The position numbers were made by a program, and so were the translations under genes. A DNA stretch of 64,000 nucleotides from Lentisphaeria bacterium (lineage in GTDB: Bacteria; Verrucomicrobiota; Lentisphaeria; JABSQK01; JAWLHB01). The stretch lies in contig JAWLHB010000004.1 in assembly GCA_041690595.1 (NCBI GenBank), forward strand, positions 1-64,000, written 5' to 3'. Positions 18,805 through 28,806 of this stretch are shown here, in pieces. The notes beneath the pieces were generated by a model. It saw nothing but the letters and a program-made list of their open reading frames with translations, was not told where the DNA came from and did no database searches. Each line of letters starts with the position of its first letter. Within the stretch, counting starts at the first letter, position 1.

Positions 18805-19989
18805 TTATTCGCGAGTGGTGGGCCGTTGCTTGCCGCGCAGCAGCGCAGCCGGGTCTTCTTCGAGGGTGGTCACCAGTTCCGCGAACTGATCGAGGGCGGC
18901 ATTCAGCTTGCTCAGGGCGAGGCGGACATCGCTCTGCAGGGAACTGAGATCCTGCAACGCCTGTGCGGAGCTCGTCAGGGAATCGCGGGCGACTTCGGTG
19001 GTTTCGGGCAGCTTCATCTGGTCGAGTGACGATTCGGCGCGGACGGCCAGCTGCCGGTATTGGGTCATGGTGGTTTCGACATGCTTCAGCGAGTCCTGAG
19101 CCGCGGTAAGCGCTTCGCGCATGGAAGTGCTGGTTTCGCCGAGTCTGGCAACTTCAAGCTCCTTCTGGGCCGAGTCCAGCAGGAGGCGAAGCTGCTGGCT
19201 GGTCTCTGCCAGCTGGGCACCGTCGATCTCCTCCTTGACAGCGGTCGCGACGGCGCGAATCTCCTCACTGGTCTCCCGGAAGCCCCGCAGGGTCGACCCC
19301 AACTGCTCCCCGCCAAGCTGGGAGTCCAGGGATTCGGCCATGGAGCGGATGCGCTCGATGATCAAATCGACATTTCTGCCCGTCTCCTTGAGGCGGTCGC
19401 TGGCGAGAATCTCGGACAAGGAATCGAGCGAAGAGGAGAGTTTCTCCGAGATGCCCTCGAAGTCGACCTTGGCGAGCTGGGCAAGAGTGTCGGTGGCACT
19501 CTGCGCGACACTGGCGAGGAGGGATTTGGCAGCCGGTATGTAGAGGGCATCTGCCGGCAGGGTCTTGTCTGGGACTTCGATTCGCTGCTGCATGTCGCGC
19601 CGGTAGTCGATCTCGATGTACTTGGTGCCGGTGATGCTGGTGAAGTCCAGGCGGCACATCAGCCCGTCCTCAACCTGCTGCCGGATGTAGCTGCGAACGG
19701 AGGAGGCGTCATCCAGGCCGGTGCCGTCCATGGTCAATTCCATGTTCACCTGTATGTAGGAATCGCGTGGGCGCAGCTCGATCCCGACGACGCGCCCCAC
19801 CGGGACCCCTCGCATCTTCACCTGCGAACCGACCTCGAGCCCCTGCACCGACTCGTTGAAGAGGGTCACCGCCGCGATCTTGCGCTTGAACAACGCTTCA
19901 CCGCCAAGGACAAAGAGGGTGAAGATGAGGATCATGATGGCAACGAGGACGAAGAGTCCCAACTTGAATTTATTGGCTTCTGAAGGCAT
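18805..19989 (-). CDS. MCE/MlaD-family protein with long helical C-terminus
   Basis: FKLGLFVL TM anchor, FNESVQGLEVGSQVKMRGVPVGRV, SITGTKYIEI, terminal LEEDPAALLRGK. Confidence 0.9.
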   Translation of the reverse strand: MPSEANKFKLGLFVLVAIMILIFTLFVLGGEALFKRKIAAVTLFNESVQGLEVGSQVKMRGVPVGRVVGIELRPRDSYIQVNMELTMDGTGLDDASSVRSYIRQQVEDGLMCRLDFTSITGTKYIEIDYRRDMQQRIEVPDKTLPADALYIPAAKSLLASVAQSATDTLAQLAKVDFEGISEKLSSSLDSLSEILASDRLKETGRNVDLIIERIRSMAESLDSQLGGEQLGSTLRGFRETSEEIRAVATAVKEEIDGAQLAETSQQLRLLLDSAQKELEVARLGETSTSMREALTAAQDSLKHVETTMTQYRQLAVRAESSLDQMKLPETTEVARDSLTSSAQALQDLSSLQSDVRLALSKLNAALDQFAELVTTLEEDPAALLRGKQRPTTRE

Positions 19990-19997
19990 CTGCTATT

Positions 19998-20795
19998 TTA
20001 TCCCAGCATCGCATGATCGGCGGCGCTTTCCCGTCGGAAGAAGCGCCTGACGATGTCGTTTTCGTGATCGCGCAGCTCTTCTGGTTTTCCATGCGCGAGA
20101 ATCCCTTTAATGGAAGCATCGAGCATGATGACGCGATCTGCAATGGTGAAGGTACTGGCCAAATCGTGAGTTACAATGACCATGGTGGTTCCCTGCGCCT
20201 TACGAACGTTGAGAATAAGCTCGTCGAGGTCGGCGGCGATCAGCGGATCGAGGCCGCTGGAGGGTTCATCGAAGAAGAGGATCTTTGGATCGAGGGCGAG
20301 GGCGCGTGCCAGGCCGGCGCGCTTGCGCATCCCACCGCTCAGCTCACTGGGCAGATAATCGCCGAAGCCGCTCAGGCCGACCATGTGGAGCTTGATCTCG
20401 GTGATGGAGCGGATCAGCTCGGCTGGCAGGTCCGTATATTCATGCAGTGGCAGGCTGACATTCTCCGCCAGAGTCATCGAGCCAAAGAGTGCGCCGCCCT
20501 GATAGGCCACCCCGAACTTGCGCATGATGTTGCGCTGCGCTTCCTGATCCGCCTTCACGATGCTCTGCCCCCAGAAGAGCACATCGCCCGACATCGGCTG
20601 CATCAGTCCGATCATGTGTTTGAGCAGGGTGGACTTGCCGCAACCGCTCGGGCCCACTATCAGGAGAATCTCCTGGGGATGCACGTCGAAGCTGATGTCA
20701 CGCAGGATGGCTTCCCGTCCATACCCAGCGGTCAGATTCTTGACTTCGATCAAGGGCTTGTCCACGGTCTCATACTCCAAATCGGCTGAAGACAA
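19998..20795 (-). CDS. MlaF-like ABC transporter ATP-binding protein
   Basis: GPSGCGKST, LSGGMRKR, FFDEP, VTHD. Confidence 0.92.
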   Translation of the reverse strand: MSSADLEYETVDKPLIEVKNLTAGYGREAILRDISFDVHPQEILLIVGPSGCGKSTLLKHMIGLMQPMSGDVLFWGQSIVKADQEAQRNIMRKFGVAYQGGALFGSMTLAENVSLPLHEYTDLPAELIRSITEIKLHMVGLSGFGDYLPSELSGGMRKRAGLARALALDPKILFFDEPSSGLDPLIAADLDELILNVRKAQGTTMVIVTHDLASTFTIADRVIMLDASIKGILAHGKPEELRDHENDIVRRFFRRESAADHAMLG

Positions 20796-21909
20796 TCGTC
20801 AGCGCGGCGTCAAAAAGTACAATCAGAAAGACGCCGCTGACAACCGCCGAGGTGGTCGAGCGTCCCACATCTTCGGCGCTCCGTTCGGCCTGAAGACCGC
20901 GCAGACAGCCGACGCCGGCAATCAGCAGGGCGAAGACAACGGACTTGATCATGCCTTGGCCGACATCCCAGAAGGTCAGCACTTCCAGCGTACGCGAAAT
21001 GTAGCTCTGCACACCGATCTCCAGCGTGAGGGTAGTGGCGAGCAGCCCGCCCAGCACCCCCATCAGGTCGCCGTAAAGAGTAAGGAGCGGCATGACGACG
21101 GTGAGCCCGATCACCTTCGGCACGATGAGAAAACAGGTCCTGTCGATGCCCATGGTGGTCAGCGCGTCCACCTCGTCATTGACACGCATGGTGCCGATTT
21201 CCGCGGCAAAGGCGGAGCCGGCGCGGCCCGTGCAGATCATTGCCACCATCAAGGGACCAAGTTCCCGGGTGATGGAAAGCCCGACCAGATCCGCGACGTA
21301 CATGTCGCCGGCGAGCTTCTGCATTTGCAGAGCTGCCTGAAAGCCGAGAATGAGCCCCATGAGGAAGGTGATCATGCTGGTGATGGGGAGTGCTTCGGTA
21401 CCGGTGCGGTCCATGTAATAGAGCATGTTGCCCCAGCGCGCGCGGAACGGATGGCGCAACGTCTGCCAGAGAGCCAGCGTCAGGTCGCCCACGAAGGCGG
21501 TCAGCCGGAAAAACTCACTGGAGAGTCGATAGCTCTGGTCTCCCAGCCAAACGAGGGGGGAGGGACGCGGGCGCGCAATCCCCTGGCAGTGTGGCTCCAG
21601 CTCCTTCAGCTCGCGCAGCGTACGGGCGAAACCTTTCGGGTCGCCGTCGCTCTCTATCTGCCATTCGATCTTCGCCTTTTCGCAATCGCACCGAAGCTGC
21701 ACCAGGACGCCGAGACCGGTGCCATCCCACTCCTTCACCTGGTGCGTCTTGACCGTCAAACGTTTGGGACGTCGGGCCAGCCGCTTCTTTGTCTCACGAT
21801 AGACCGCCACTGCATTGTCGGCCTCCAGAACAGGTGGCAGGACAACGACCAACATCCCCTCCTCGTCCTTGATCGAGAAGCCATCTGGTCTATGTGTGGG
21901 CTTTTCCAT
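20770..21909 (-). CDS. MlaE-family ABC permease with N-terminal STAS-like domain
   Basis: RELGPLM...GRAGSAFAAEIGTMRVNDEVDAL..MG; DVGRSTTSAVV. Confidence 0.92.
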   Translation of the reverse strand: MEKPTHRPDGFSIKDEEGMLVVVLPPVLEADNAVAVYRETKKRLARRPKRLTVKTHQVKEWDGTGLGVLVQLRCDCEKAKIEWQIESDGDPKGFARTLRELKELEPHCQGIARPRPSPLVWLGDQSYRLSSEFFRLTAFVGDLTLALWQTLRHPFRARWGNMLYYMDRTGTEALPITSMITFLMGLILGFQAALQMQKLAGDMYVADLVGLSITRELGPLMVAMICTGRAGSAFAAEIGTMRVNDEVDALTTMGIDRTCFLIVPKVIGLTVVMPLLTLYGDLMGVLGGLLATTLTLEIGVQSYISRTLEVLTFWDVGQGMIKSVVFALLIAGVGCLRGLQAERSAEDVGRSTTSAVVSGVFLIVLFDAALTIVFSRFGV

Positions 21910-22012
21910 GTCTCTACTACAGTACCCGTATCCGACGTCGCTACAATCCTGTCGGTTGGCGGAAGGTCAGATTGAGCGCGGCGTACCGGTCGTCCGGATA
22001 ATGATTGTTCGC

Positions 22013-23851
22013 TCAGGAAAGGATGCTCAGCAGGAGATGCGACGGATGGCCGGCATCGTGGTAGAGGGTGTTTGTGGCGATACGCCGGCATCGGTCGGCG
22101 CCGAGTACACCGCCGGTGTTCGGATTGAGGTCGAAACGCGGGAAGTTGCTGCTGGAGATGTCGACTCGCAGGCGATGGCCGACCGCAAAGCGGTTCGCGG
22201 TGGGATAAAGCTGGAAGGAGATTTCACAGATCTCGCCTGGCTCGACAAGCTCCTCGCGCTCATAGCCGTGGCGAAAGCGCAGCCGCTGGATGCTGTCGGT
22301 AAGGTTGATCGCCGCGCCTGCCGGATAGGCAGGAGAGGGCGGATAGAGATCCATCAGCTTGGCGGTGAAGTCCGTGTCGCGCCCGTCGGTGGCTACCCAG
22401 AGGCGGGCCTCGATCGGGCCGGTCAGCACCAGCTCTTCGGTCAACGGTTCGCTGATGAAGCAGAGGACATCCTGGCGCGCCGAGAGGGGCATGCTTCCCT
22501 GGCAGAAGGGGAAGCGTGCATCCGCCCGCTGATCGTAACCGCCAGGCTCGACACCGAGAGCCGAGAGGTTGCCGCCGATGGTGGGGACGGGATTCGCAGG
22601 GTCGTACGTGTAGCTGGTGGAATCGCTTTCCGCGGATGGTGGCGTGGTGCGCAGTCCCCCATCGCCGTGGAGGTAGCAGGTCATGGGCTTGGCGTGCGGC
22701 GGAGGCCAGGAAGGCGAAGTCCGCCAGCGGCCGCCATGCTGGATGAGCCGTTCGCGGCCGACCGTTCCGGCGCCGCCGCCCATCTCGAAATAGCGCACGG
22801 GCGGCTGGCGGTCGATGCCATTGTCGATCCCTTTCAGCCAGTGGTCGAACCAGTGCAACTGGACGCCCTGGAAGGCATCCGGCAGCCCGCCATGCGGGGC
22901 GAAGGAGAGGTCGCCGACTTCTCCTTCCGCGCCGAGGCTGTGCTTCCATGGCCCCATCAGCAGGTGAACGGGCTGCTTCTGCCGCGGATGCAGGGCGAGG
23001 AAATTCTCGACCGTGCTGCGCGTGTAGCTGTCGTACCAGCCACCGATGTAGAGGGTTGGGACATCGGCGCAGGTATCGAAGCAGGGGGCGGGACCATAGC
23101 CGCTCTGGCGCCAGTAGTCGTCATAGAGGACCCGGGTCGAGATGTCGATCGCCCACTCTTCGTAGGAGGGAATGAGGCGCAGGGGCGTCTCTCCCCGGCG
23201 GATGGGAAAAGCCTTGACCCAATCCCAGATGTTGGTCATAGCCTCCAGCAGCGCCGCCTTGATCACGGGATCGGCCGCCGCTTCACGGCTCTCACTGGCC
23301 ATGCTGAAGGCGTAGCGGAAGAAGCGCATTTCGAGCGCTCCGTTGTGGCGCATGGCACTGTGGAAATAGCTGCTCGGACCGAAGATGGGTATCATCGCCG
23401 AAAGGTGCGGGGGATTGTGGCAGGCAAGTGCATTCTGCACGGCAGCGAAGTACGAGGCGCCTGTAGTGCCGACCTTGCCGTTGCACCAGGGCTGAGCCGC
23501 GATCCACTCGACGGTGTCGTAGCCATCCGGCCCCTCGTGGGCAAAGGGATAGAAAACGCCTTCCGAGGCGTAACGCCCACGCACGTCCTGGGAGACGCCG
23601 ATGTAGCCGTGCGAGGCGAAATAGCGGGCGATTGGACCGGTGGAGGCGATCTTGTCATACGGGGTGCGCCAAAGGACCACGGGCAGCGGTTCCTCCACCT
23701 TCTTGCCGTCGCGCGCCGGATAGTAGAGATCCATCGCCAGTTGGGTGCCGTCGCGCAAGGGCATGCGCCGATCCGGCTCGATGACCACGTCGTACTCGGG
23801 CGCCCTTCCTGCCGCCCACGCCAGTGCGCTCATATCCCCTGCTGCATTCAT
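22013..23851 (-). CDS. CocE/NonD family alpha/beta hydrolase
   Basis: RTPYDK, QDVRGRYASEG, GASY nucleophile motif, GWYD, GPWKH, SSNFPRFD. Confidence 0.92.
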   Translation of the reverse strand: MNAAGDMSALAWAAGRAPEYDVVIEPDRRMPLRDGTQLAMDLYYPARDGKKVEEPLPVVLWRTPYDKIASTGPIARYFASHGYIGVSQDVRGRYASEGVFYPFAHEGPDGYDTVEWIAAQPWCNGKVGTTGASYFAAVQNALACHNPPHLSAMIPIFGPSSYFHSAMRHNGALEMRFFRYAFSMASESREAAADPVIKAALLEAMTNIWDWVKAFPIRRGETPLRLIPSYEEWAIDISTRVLYDDYWRQSGYGPAPCFDTCADVPTLYIGGWYDSYTRSTVENFLALHPRQKQPVHLLMGPWKHSLGAEGEVGDLSFAPHGGLPDAFQGVQLHWFDHWLKGIDNGIDRQPPVRYFEMGGGAGTVGRERLIQHGGRWRTSPSWPPPHAKPMTCYLHGDGGLRTTPPSAESDSTSYTYDPANPVPTIGGNLSALGVEPGGYDQRADARFPFCQGSMPLSARQDVLCFISEPLTEELVLTGPIEARLWVATDGRDTDFTAKLMDLYPPSPAYPAGAAINLTDSIQRLRFRHGYEREELVEPGEICEISFQLYPTANRFAVGHRLRVDISSSNFPRFDLNPNTGGVLGADRCRRIATNTLYHDAGHPSHLLLSILS

Positions 23852-23963
23852 CGGCTACCGCGATTCCTTTTGAAGCGTTGCGTATCATGCCAGAAAACGC
23901 ACTATAGCGCTTCCCTACCGTTGCGCAATGCCCTGGGATGAAGGCGGTTGCCGATCTCCGGCC

Positions 23964-26819
23964 TCAGCGTCGGGCGCAGACGGCGTCGTGGACGAGGTGA
24001 ATGATCGAGGAGTAGGGGCGTCCCGTCGCTTTGGCCATGCCCATCTCACAGGTGCGGCAGGTGGAATAGCAGCGGGCAGCGCGCGGCAAGCCGCCCACGG
24101 TTCGCGCTTCGGCGGCGGTCGCCGACTGGGTCAGCTCGGGGACCAGCAACCCGCGGTCGCCGGCAAAACCGCAGCAGCCATGATCTTCGGGCAGGTGTAC
24201 GCGCGCGGCGCAGAGGTGCGCGATCGCCTCCATCTTGCCCACCAGCTTCATCTTCACCGTCGAACAGGTCGGGTGCAGGATCACCGAGACGGGCTGGTCG
24301 GTGGGCATGACCTGCTCCAGCAGCGTATCGTGCAGAAACTCGATCACGTCCAGGATACGAAGCTGTCGCCACTTCTTCAGCAATGGCCCCTTCAGCAACT
24401 GGTCGTAGGTCTTGACGCGATAGACGCAAGGGCTCGTGTCCATGACGATTGCCAGCTCCCCCTGTTCGGACGCCTCCCACAGGGCCATCACCATGCGCTC
24501 CGCCATCTGAACCGCCGCCTCATGAAAGCCTTTTGACGAATAGGGCTGCCCGCAGCAAAGTTCCGCCAGATCTCGCGGATACCGTGCGCGAATGTGAGCC
24601 TCGTCCAGCAGCTCCAGAAAGGCCTCGGTCGGCGACAACTCCCGCCCCTCGCCGGGAAGGGCTCCCATGCCGCGCGTCAGGCACGCAGGGAAATAGACGA
24701 TCTCGTCGCATCGTTCCCCACGTAGTACGCGCGGCGTGGGAAGGGGCCGCGCCGGGGCGGGCATCCACTCGTGCCAGATGGGCAGCCGATGGCCCGAGAG
24801 ACGATTCAGCCAGCCGGAAAGAGCCTGGAGACGCTCCGCGCCCAGCACCTCCCGGGCTCCATGCCCGACCCGAAGCCCCAGTCTTGCCCCCGACACCGTC
24901 CATCCGAACCGCTTCGCCGTCCAGCCTGCCAGCAGCTTGGTGAAGGGGCCATTCGCCAGATGGCGCAGCTCCTTGACCATGGCGCCCGTGTCGATCTTGA
25001 CCGGGCAGCCAAGGGCGCATAGGCCATCGGTCGCGCAGGTAGCCGCGACAGAGTAGGCCAAGTCCTCCTGCATGGACTCGCTCAGCAGTCGCTGCTCTTC
25101 GCCTGAACTTCGCAGCATCTCCAGCTCGCGCGCGATGCCGATGCGCCGCCGGGGCGTCATCGTCAAGTCGCGCGACGGACACCAGCTTTCGCAGAAGCCG
25201 CATTCCGTACAGGTGTCGACAACCGCGGAGACCAGGGGCATGGGCTTCAGGTTGGCGAGGTGGCACTGAGGGTCGGCATTGAGTAGGACGCCGGGATTGA
25301 GGATGTTGGCTGGATCGATCATCGCCTTCAACTCGCGCATCAGCGCCACGGCATCCACTCCCCATTCGGTCTCCAGGAAGGGAGCCATGTTACGGCCGGT
25401 GCCGTGCTCTGCCTTGAGCGCTCCGCCGTAGGTGGCGGAGGTCAGCTCGATAACCTCCCGCATGAAGGCATCGTATTGCTGAACGCCCTCGGGAGAACCG
25501 AAGGCCTGCGAGATGACGAAGTGCAGATTGCCGTCGCGGGCATGACCGAAGATGATGGCGTTCTGGTAGTGGTGCTTGCGGAAGAGGGCCTGCAAGTCGC
25601 GAATCGCCGGGGCCAGTTGCTCCACGCGGAAACAGAGATCTTCGATGATGACGGTGGTGCCCCCGGGGCGCGCCGCGCCAACTGCTGGAAAGAGCCCCTT
25701 GCGGACATTCCAGTATCGCTGCCGCTTCTCTTCGTTGGTGGTGAAACTGAAGGGGAGCATGGGGGCATGCGCGCTCAATGCCTTGGTGGCGCCGGCAACG
25801 CGCGCCTCGAGTTCGACCGCCGACTCCTCCTGAAACTCGACCAGAAGCGCCGCCGCTTCCATAGGCAGCTCCGCCAGCTCTTTGGGCATGCCCGCCTCGC
25901 GCTCGACGGCCCGAAGGGAGGCCCGGTCCATGATCTCCAGGGCCGCGGCACCGGCATCCTTCAACACCACCACCGCGGCAGCGGCTTCCTCGAGGGTGGC
26001 GAAGAGGAGCAGCGCCGCCGACTTGCAGGGCGCGTCGGGTACGGTCGCCAACGTGACCCGCGAGATGAAGCCCAGTGTCCCTTCGGAACCGACCAGCAGG
26101 TGGGCGAGGATATCGACCGGCGCCGAGTAGTCGATAAAGGCATTGAGCGAGTAGCCCATGGTATTCTTGCGGCAGTACTTGTCGCGGATCCGCGCACAGA
26201 GCGCCTCATCCGCCAGCACCCGCGCCCGCAGATCGAGGAGGCCCTGATGGATGGCCGGCTCATGATCACGCAGGCGGTTGTCAGCATCGGGATCGGCCGT
26301 ATCGAAGGTGTTGCCGCTCGGCAGCACAAAGCGGATCGATGCCATCGTATGGTAGGCGTTGTGGTGCACGCCACAACACATGCCGCTGGCGTTGTTAGCC
26401 ACGATGCCGCCAATGAAGCAGGCGTTCAGGGACGCTGGGTCCGGCCCGATCTTGCGGCCATGCGCCCGCAACCGGTGGTTGGCATGGGCCCCGATCACCC
26501 CCGGCTGCAGCAGGATCCGGTCCCCCCCCGCTTCCACTTCGATGCCTCGCCAGTACCGCCCGATCTCCACAAGAATGCCGTCGGTGATCGCTTGTCCGGA
26601 AAGAGAGGTCCCCGCGCCGCGAAAGACCAGAGGTACCCGTTCCGCCCGGGCCAATTCCAGCAGCGCCACGATCTCCTGCTCCGACCGCGGACGCACCACC
26701 ACTTGCGGCACCAGCCGATAGAAGCTCGCGTCACGCGCATACGCATGCCGATCGATCAGGCGCGTGAGCAGCCGCTCCGGCGGGATGATGCGTGATAGAT
26801 GATCGGTCAAGGCCTTCAT
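23964..26819 (-). CDS. FAD-binding/Fe-S oxidoreductase, D-lactate dehydrogenase (Dld-II type)
   Basis: GAGTSLSGQA, GPDPAS, NNASGMCCG, GSEGTLG, GHARDGNLHF, LKAEHGTGRN, CTECGFCESWCP, CCG motifs. Confidence 0.88.
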   Translation of the reverse strand: MKALTDHLSRIIPPERLLTRLIDRHAYARDASFYRLVPQVVVRPRSEQEIVALLELARAERVPLVFRGAGTSLSGQAITDGILVEIGRYWRGIEVEAGGDRILLQPGVIGAHANHRLRAHGRKIGPDPASLNACFIGGIVANNASGMCCGVHHNAYHTMASIRFVLPSGNTFDTADPDADNRLRDHEPAIHQGLLDLRARVLADEALCARIRDKYCRKNTMGYSLNAFIDYSAPVDILAHLLVGSEGTLGFISRVTLATVPDAPCKSAALLLFATLEEAAAAVVVLKDAGAAALEIMDRASLRAVEREAGMPKELAELPMEAAALLVEFQEESAVELEARVAGATKALSAHAPMLPFSFTTNEEKRQRYWNVRKGLFPAVGAARPGGTTVIIEDLCFRVEQLAPAIRDLQALFRKHHYQNAIIFGHARDGNLHFVISQAFGSPEGVQQYDAFMREVIELTSATYGGALKAEHGTGRNMAPFLETEWGVDAVALMRELKAMIDPANILNPGVLLNADPQCHLANLKPMPLVSAVVDTCTECGFCESWCPSRDLTMTPRRRIGIARELEMLRSSGEEQRLLSESMQEDLAYSVAATCATDGLCALGCPVKIDTGAMVKELRHLANGPFTKLLAGWTAKRFGWTVSGARLGLRVGHGAREVLGAERLQALSGWLNRLSGHRLPIWHEWMPAPARPLPTPRVLRGERCDEIVYFPACLTRGMGALPGEGRELSPTEAFLELLDEAHIRARYPRDLAELCCGQPYSSKGFHEAAVQMAERMVMALWEASEQGELAIVMDTSPCVYRVKTYDQLLKGPLLKKWRQLRILDVIEFLHDTLLEQVMPTDQPVSVILHPTCSTVKMKLVGKMEAIAHLCAARVHLPEDHGCCGFAGDRGLLVPELTQSATAAEARTVGGLPRAARCYSTCRTCEMGMAKATGRPYSSIIHLVHDAVCARR

Positions 26820-26982
26820 GGCGCATAAGATACCTGCCCGCACGGAGTTCGCCAGCAACGGAGGCGCGGAGACGTAAGGATGGTGGAACCTGGCCTGGAT
26901 CATTCTCTGTCTTGACGTGAAAACGGCGGCGGGGCGGCTACATTCTGCTCATCGTTTTCAAATCCCATCAGGAGTTACACAC

Positions 26983-28095
26983 ATGCGTATCACCGGCATC
27001 GACGTCTATCACGTCGCCATGACCCTGCTTTATCCGTTTCGCACCGCCTTCGGCAACGACTCCGTCATCGAGACGGTCCTGGTCAGGATGCAGAGCGAGG
27101 AGGGCTATGGATGGGGTGAGGCATCGCCTTGGGCGCTTCCTGCCTACAGCCCGGAATATGCGGGCGGGGTCTACAAGATCGTGACGGAGCTTTTCGCCCC
27201 GCGACTGCTGGGTCAGGAGATCGGCACCGGCGAAGAGTTGCAGGAGCGGCTGGCCTGGGCAAAGGGAAATCCCTTCGCCAAGGCATCGCTGGATACGGCC
27301 TGGTGGGATCTCGAGGCCAAGCGCCGCGGGCAGCCTCTCTGGCAGATGATCGGCGGAAAGCAGCCAATCGTTGATGTCGGCGCCGACTTCGGCATCATGG
27401 AGAGCCATGATCAACTGCTCGCCGAGATCGAAGCGGCGGCTATCGCCGGCTACCTGCGGGTCAAGCTCAAGTATCGTCCCGGCTGGGACCTGGAGATGAT
27501 CCGCACTGTCCGGCGCCATTTCCCGGAGCTGACCATCCATATCGACTGCAACAGCGCCTATACTCTCGACGATATCGACATGTTCCGCCAGGTCGACGAG
27601 CTGGGGCTGTTCATGATCGAGCAGCCACTCATGCACGATGATCTGGTCGACCATGCCACCTTGCAGAACGCCCTCACCACCCCGATCTGTCTGGACGAAA
27701 GCATCACATCGCCGGCGCGAGCGCGAAAGGCGGCCGAGATCGGCGCCTGTCGCTGGATCAATATCAAGTACCCGCGCGTCGGCGGCATGACGCAAGCCAT
27801 CGCGGTTCACGACATGGCTGCCAGTCATGGCATTCCCTGCTGGGTGGGGGGCATGATCGAGTCCGCCGTCGGCGCCAACCATTGCCTGGCCCTGGCGACC
27901 CTGCCGAACTTCACCTATCCCGCGGACATCTTCCCGAGCAGCCGTTTCTTCGATCACGATCTGGGGAATCCCCAACTCGTGCACTCGGCTCCATCGCGAA
28001 TCAGCGCCCAGAATGCTGCCGGTATCGGCGTTGAGCCGGATCCGGAGCGGCTGCGCCGGCAGTCGATTGCCTGCCGTCACCTCGTGGCGGAATAA
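26983..28095 (+). CDS. o-Succinylbenzoate synthase / N-acylamino acid racemase (enolase superfamily)
   Basis: FRTAFG, KLK, DCN, IEQP, LDES, NIK, GGMIES, PADI; GGAG RBS. Confidence 0.88.
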   Translation: MRITGIDVYHVAMTLLYPFRTAFGNDSVIETVLVRMQSEEGYGWGEASPWALPAYSPEYAGGVYKIVTELFAPRLLGQEIGTGEELQERLAWAKGNPFAKASLDTAWWDLEAKRRGQPLWQMIGGKQPIVDVGADFGIMESHDQLLAEIEAAAIAGYLRVKLKYRPGWDLEMIRTVRRHFPELTIHIDCNSAYTLDDIDMFRQVDELGLFMIEQPLMHDDLVDHATLQNALTTPICLDESITSPARARKAAEIGACRWINIKYPRVGGMTQAIAVHDMAASHGIPCWVGGMIESAVGANHCLALATLPNFTYPADIFPSSRFFDHDLGNPQLVHSAPSRISAQNAAGIGVEPDPERLRRQSIACRHLVAE

Positions 28096-28167
28096 TTGCA
28101 TGATGCCGTCGGATCGTGGTATCGTAGAGTAGTATCATCAACCCTGCAGAACTACGCGAGGCCAAAC

Positions 28168-28686
28168 ATGCAACCCATGGACCAAGTCACGGTGGAGACG
28201 CTGGAGTTGGAAGACGATGGCACCTGGCCAAATAACCAACTCCCCGTCATCCTCTATCGGGGCGTCTTCAAGAACCCGACGCCCAATGGATTCGAAGAGC
28301 TTCTGCACCAGAACAACTGGGGCAATTCCTGGCGCGACAGCATCTATGCCTACCATCACTACCACAGCAATGCCCACGAGTTCCTGGGATGCTATGCCGG
28401 CGATGCCCGCGTTCAACTGGGCGGACCAGAGGGGGAAACGGTCCTCATCTGCGCTGGTGACGCCATCGTTCTCCCCGCCGGCACCGCTCACAAACTCATC
28501 GACTCCAGCCGCGATTTCTGCCTCATTGGCGCCTATCCCGCCAGCCAGGACTTTGACCTGTTCTCCGAAGAGGAGAACGACCGATCGGAAGCCGATGTCA
28601 ACATTCGCGACACGCCGATACCCGACAGCGATCCCCTCTACGGTGCCGATGGTCCACTCCGCAAGCTGTGGAAAAAGCAAGGCTGA
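28168..28686 (+). CDS. YjlB-like cupin protein
   Basis: PNNQLPVILY, YHHYHSNAHE, GDAIVLPAGTAH, GAYP, DPLYG. Confidence 0.88.
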   Translation: MQPMDQVTVETLELEDDGTWPNNQLPVILYRGVFKNPTPNGFEELLHQNNWGNSWRDSIYAYHHYHSNAHEFLGCYAGDARVQLGGPEGETVLICAGDAIVLPAGTAHKLIDSSRDFCLIGAYPASQDFDLFSEEENDRSEADVNIRDTPIPDSDPLYGADGPLRKLWKKQG

Positions 28687-28806
28687 TTCGCCCTCTCGCG
28701 TCCCGGATATGGCGTTCATGGCGATCGCCGGTGGGGGTTGCATTCCCGCCGTCGATCATTCATCTTCTACCATTTGATGGGCTATGGAATACATGGAAGG
28801 TGACGA

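Noticed and set aside
18213..21909. MCE operon as a novel system
   Set aside because: The MlaE(STAS)-MlaF-MlaD-PqiC layout is a known, widespread architecture.
23878..23892. TGGCATGATACGCAA on the minus strand upstream of the CocE gene as a sigma54 promoter
   Set aside because: GG-to-GC spacing is 8 rather than the required 10.
21815..23941. Long antisense ORFs (708 aa here; also 29164-31365, 46120-48072, 39365-40798 and others)
   Set aside because: These are shadows of well-supported genes on the opposite strand, expected in high-GC DNA, and carry no motifs.
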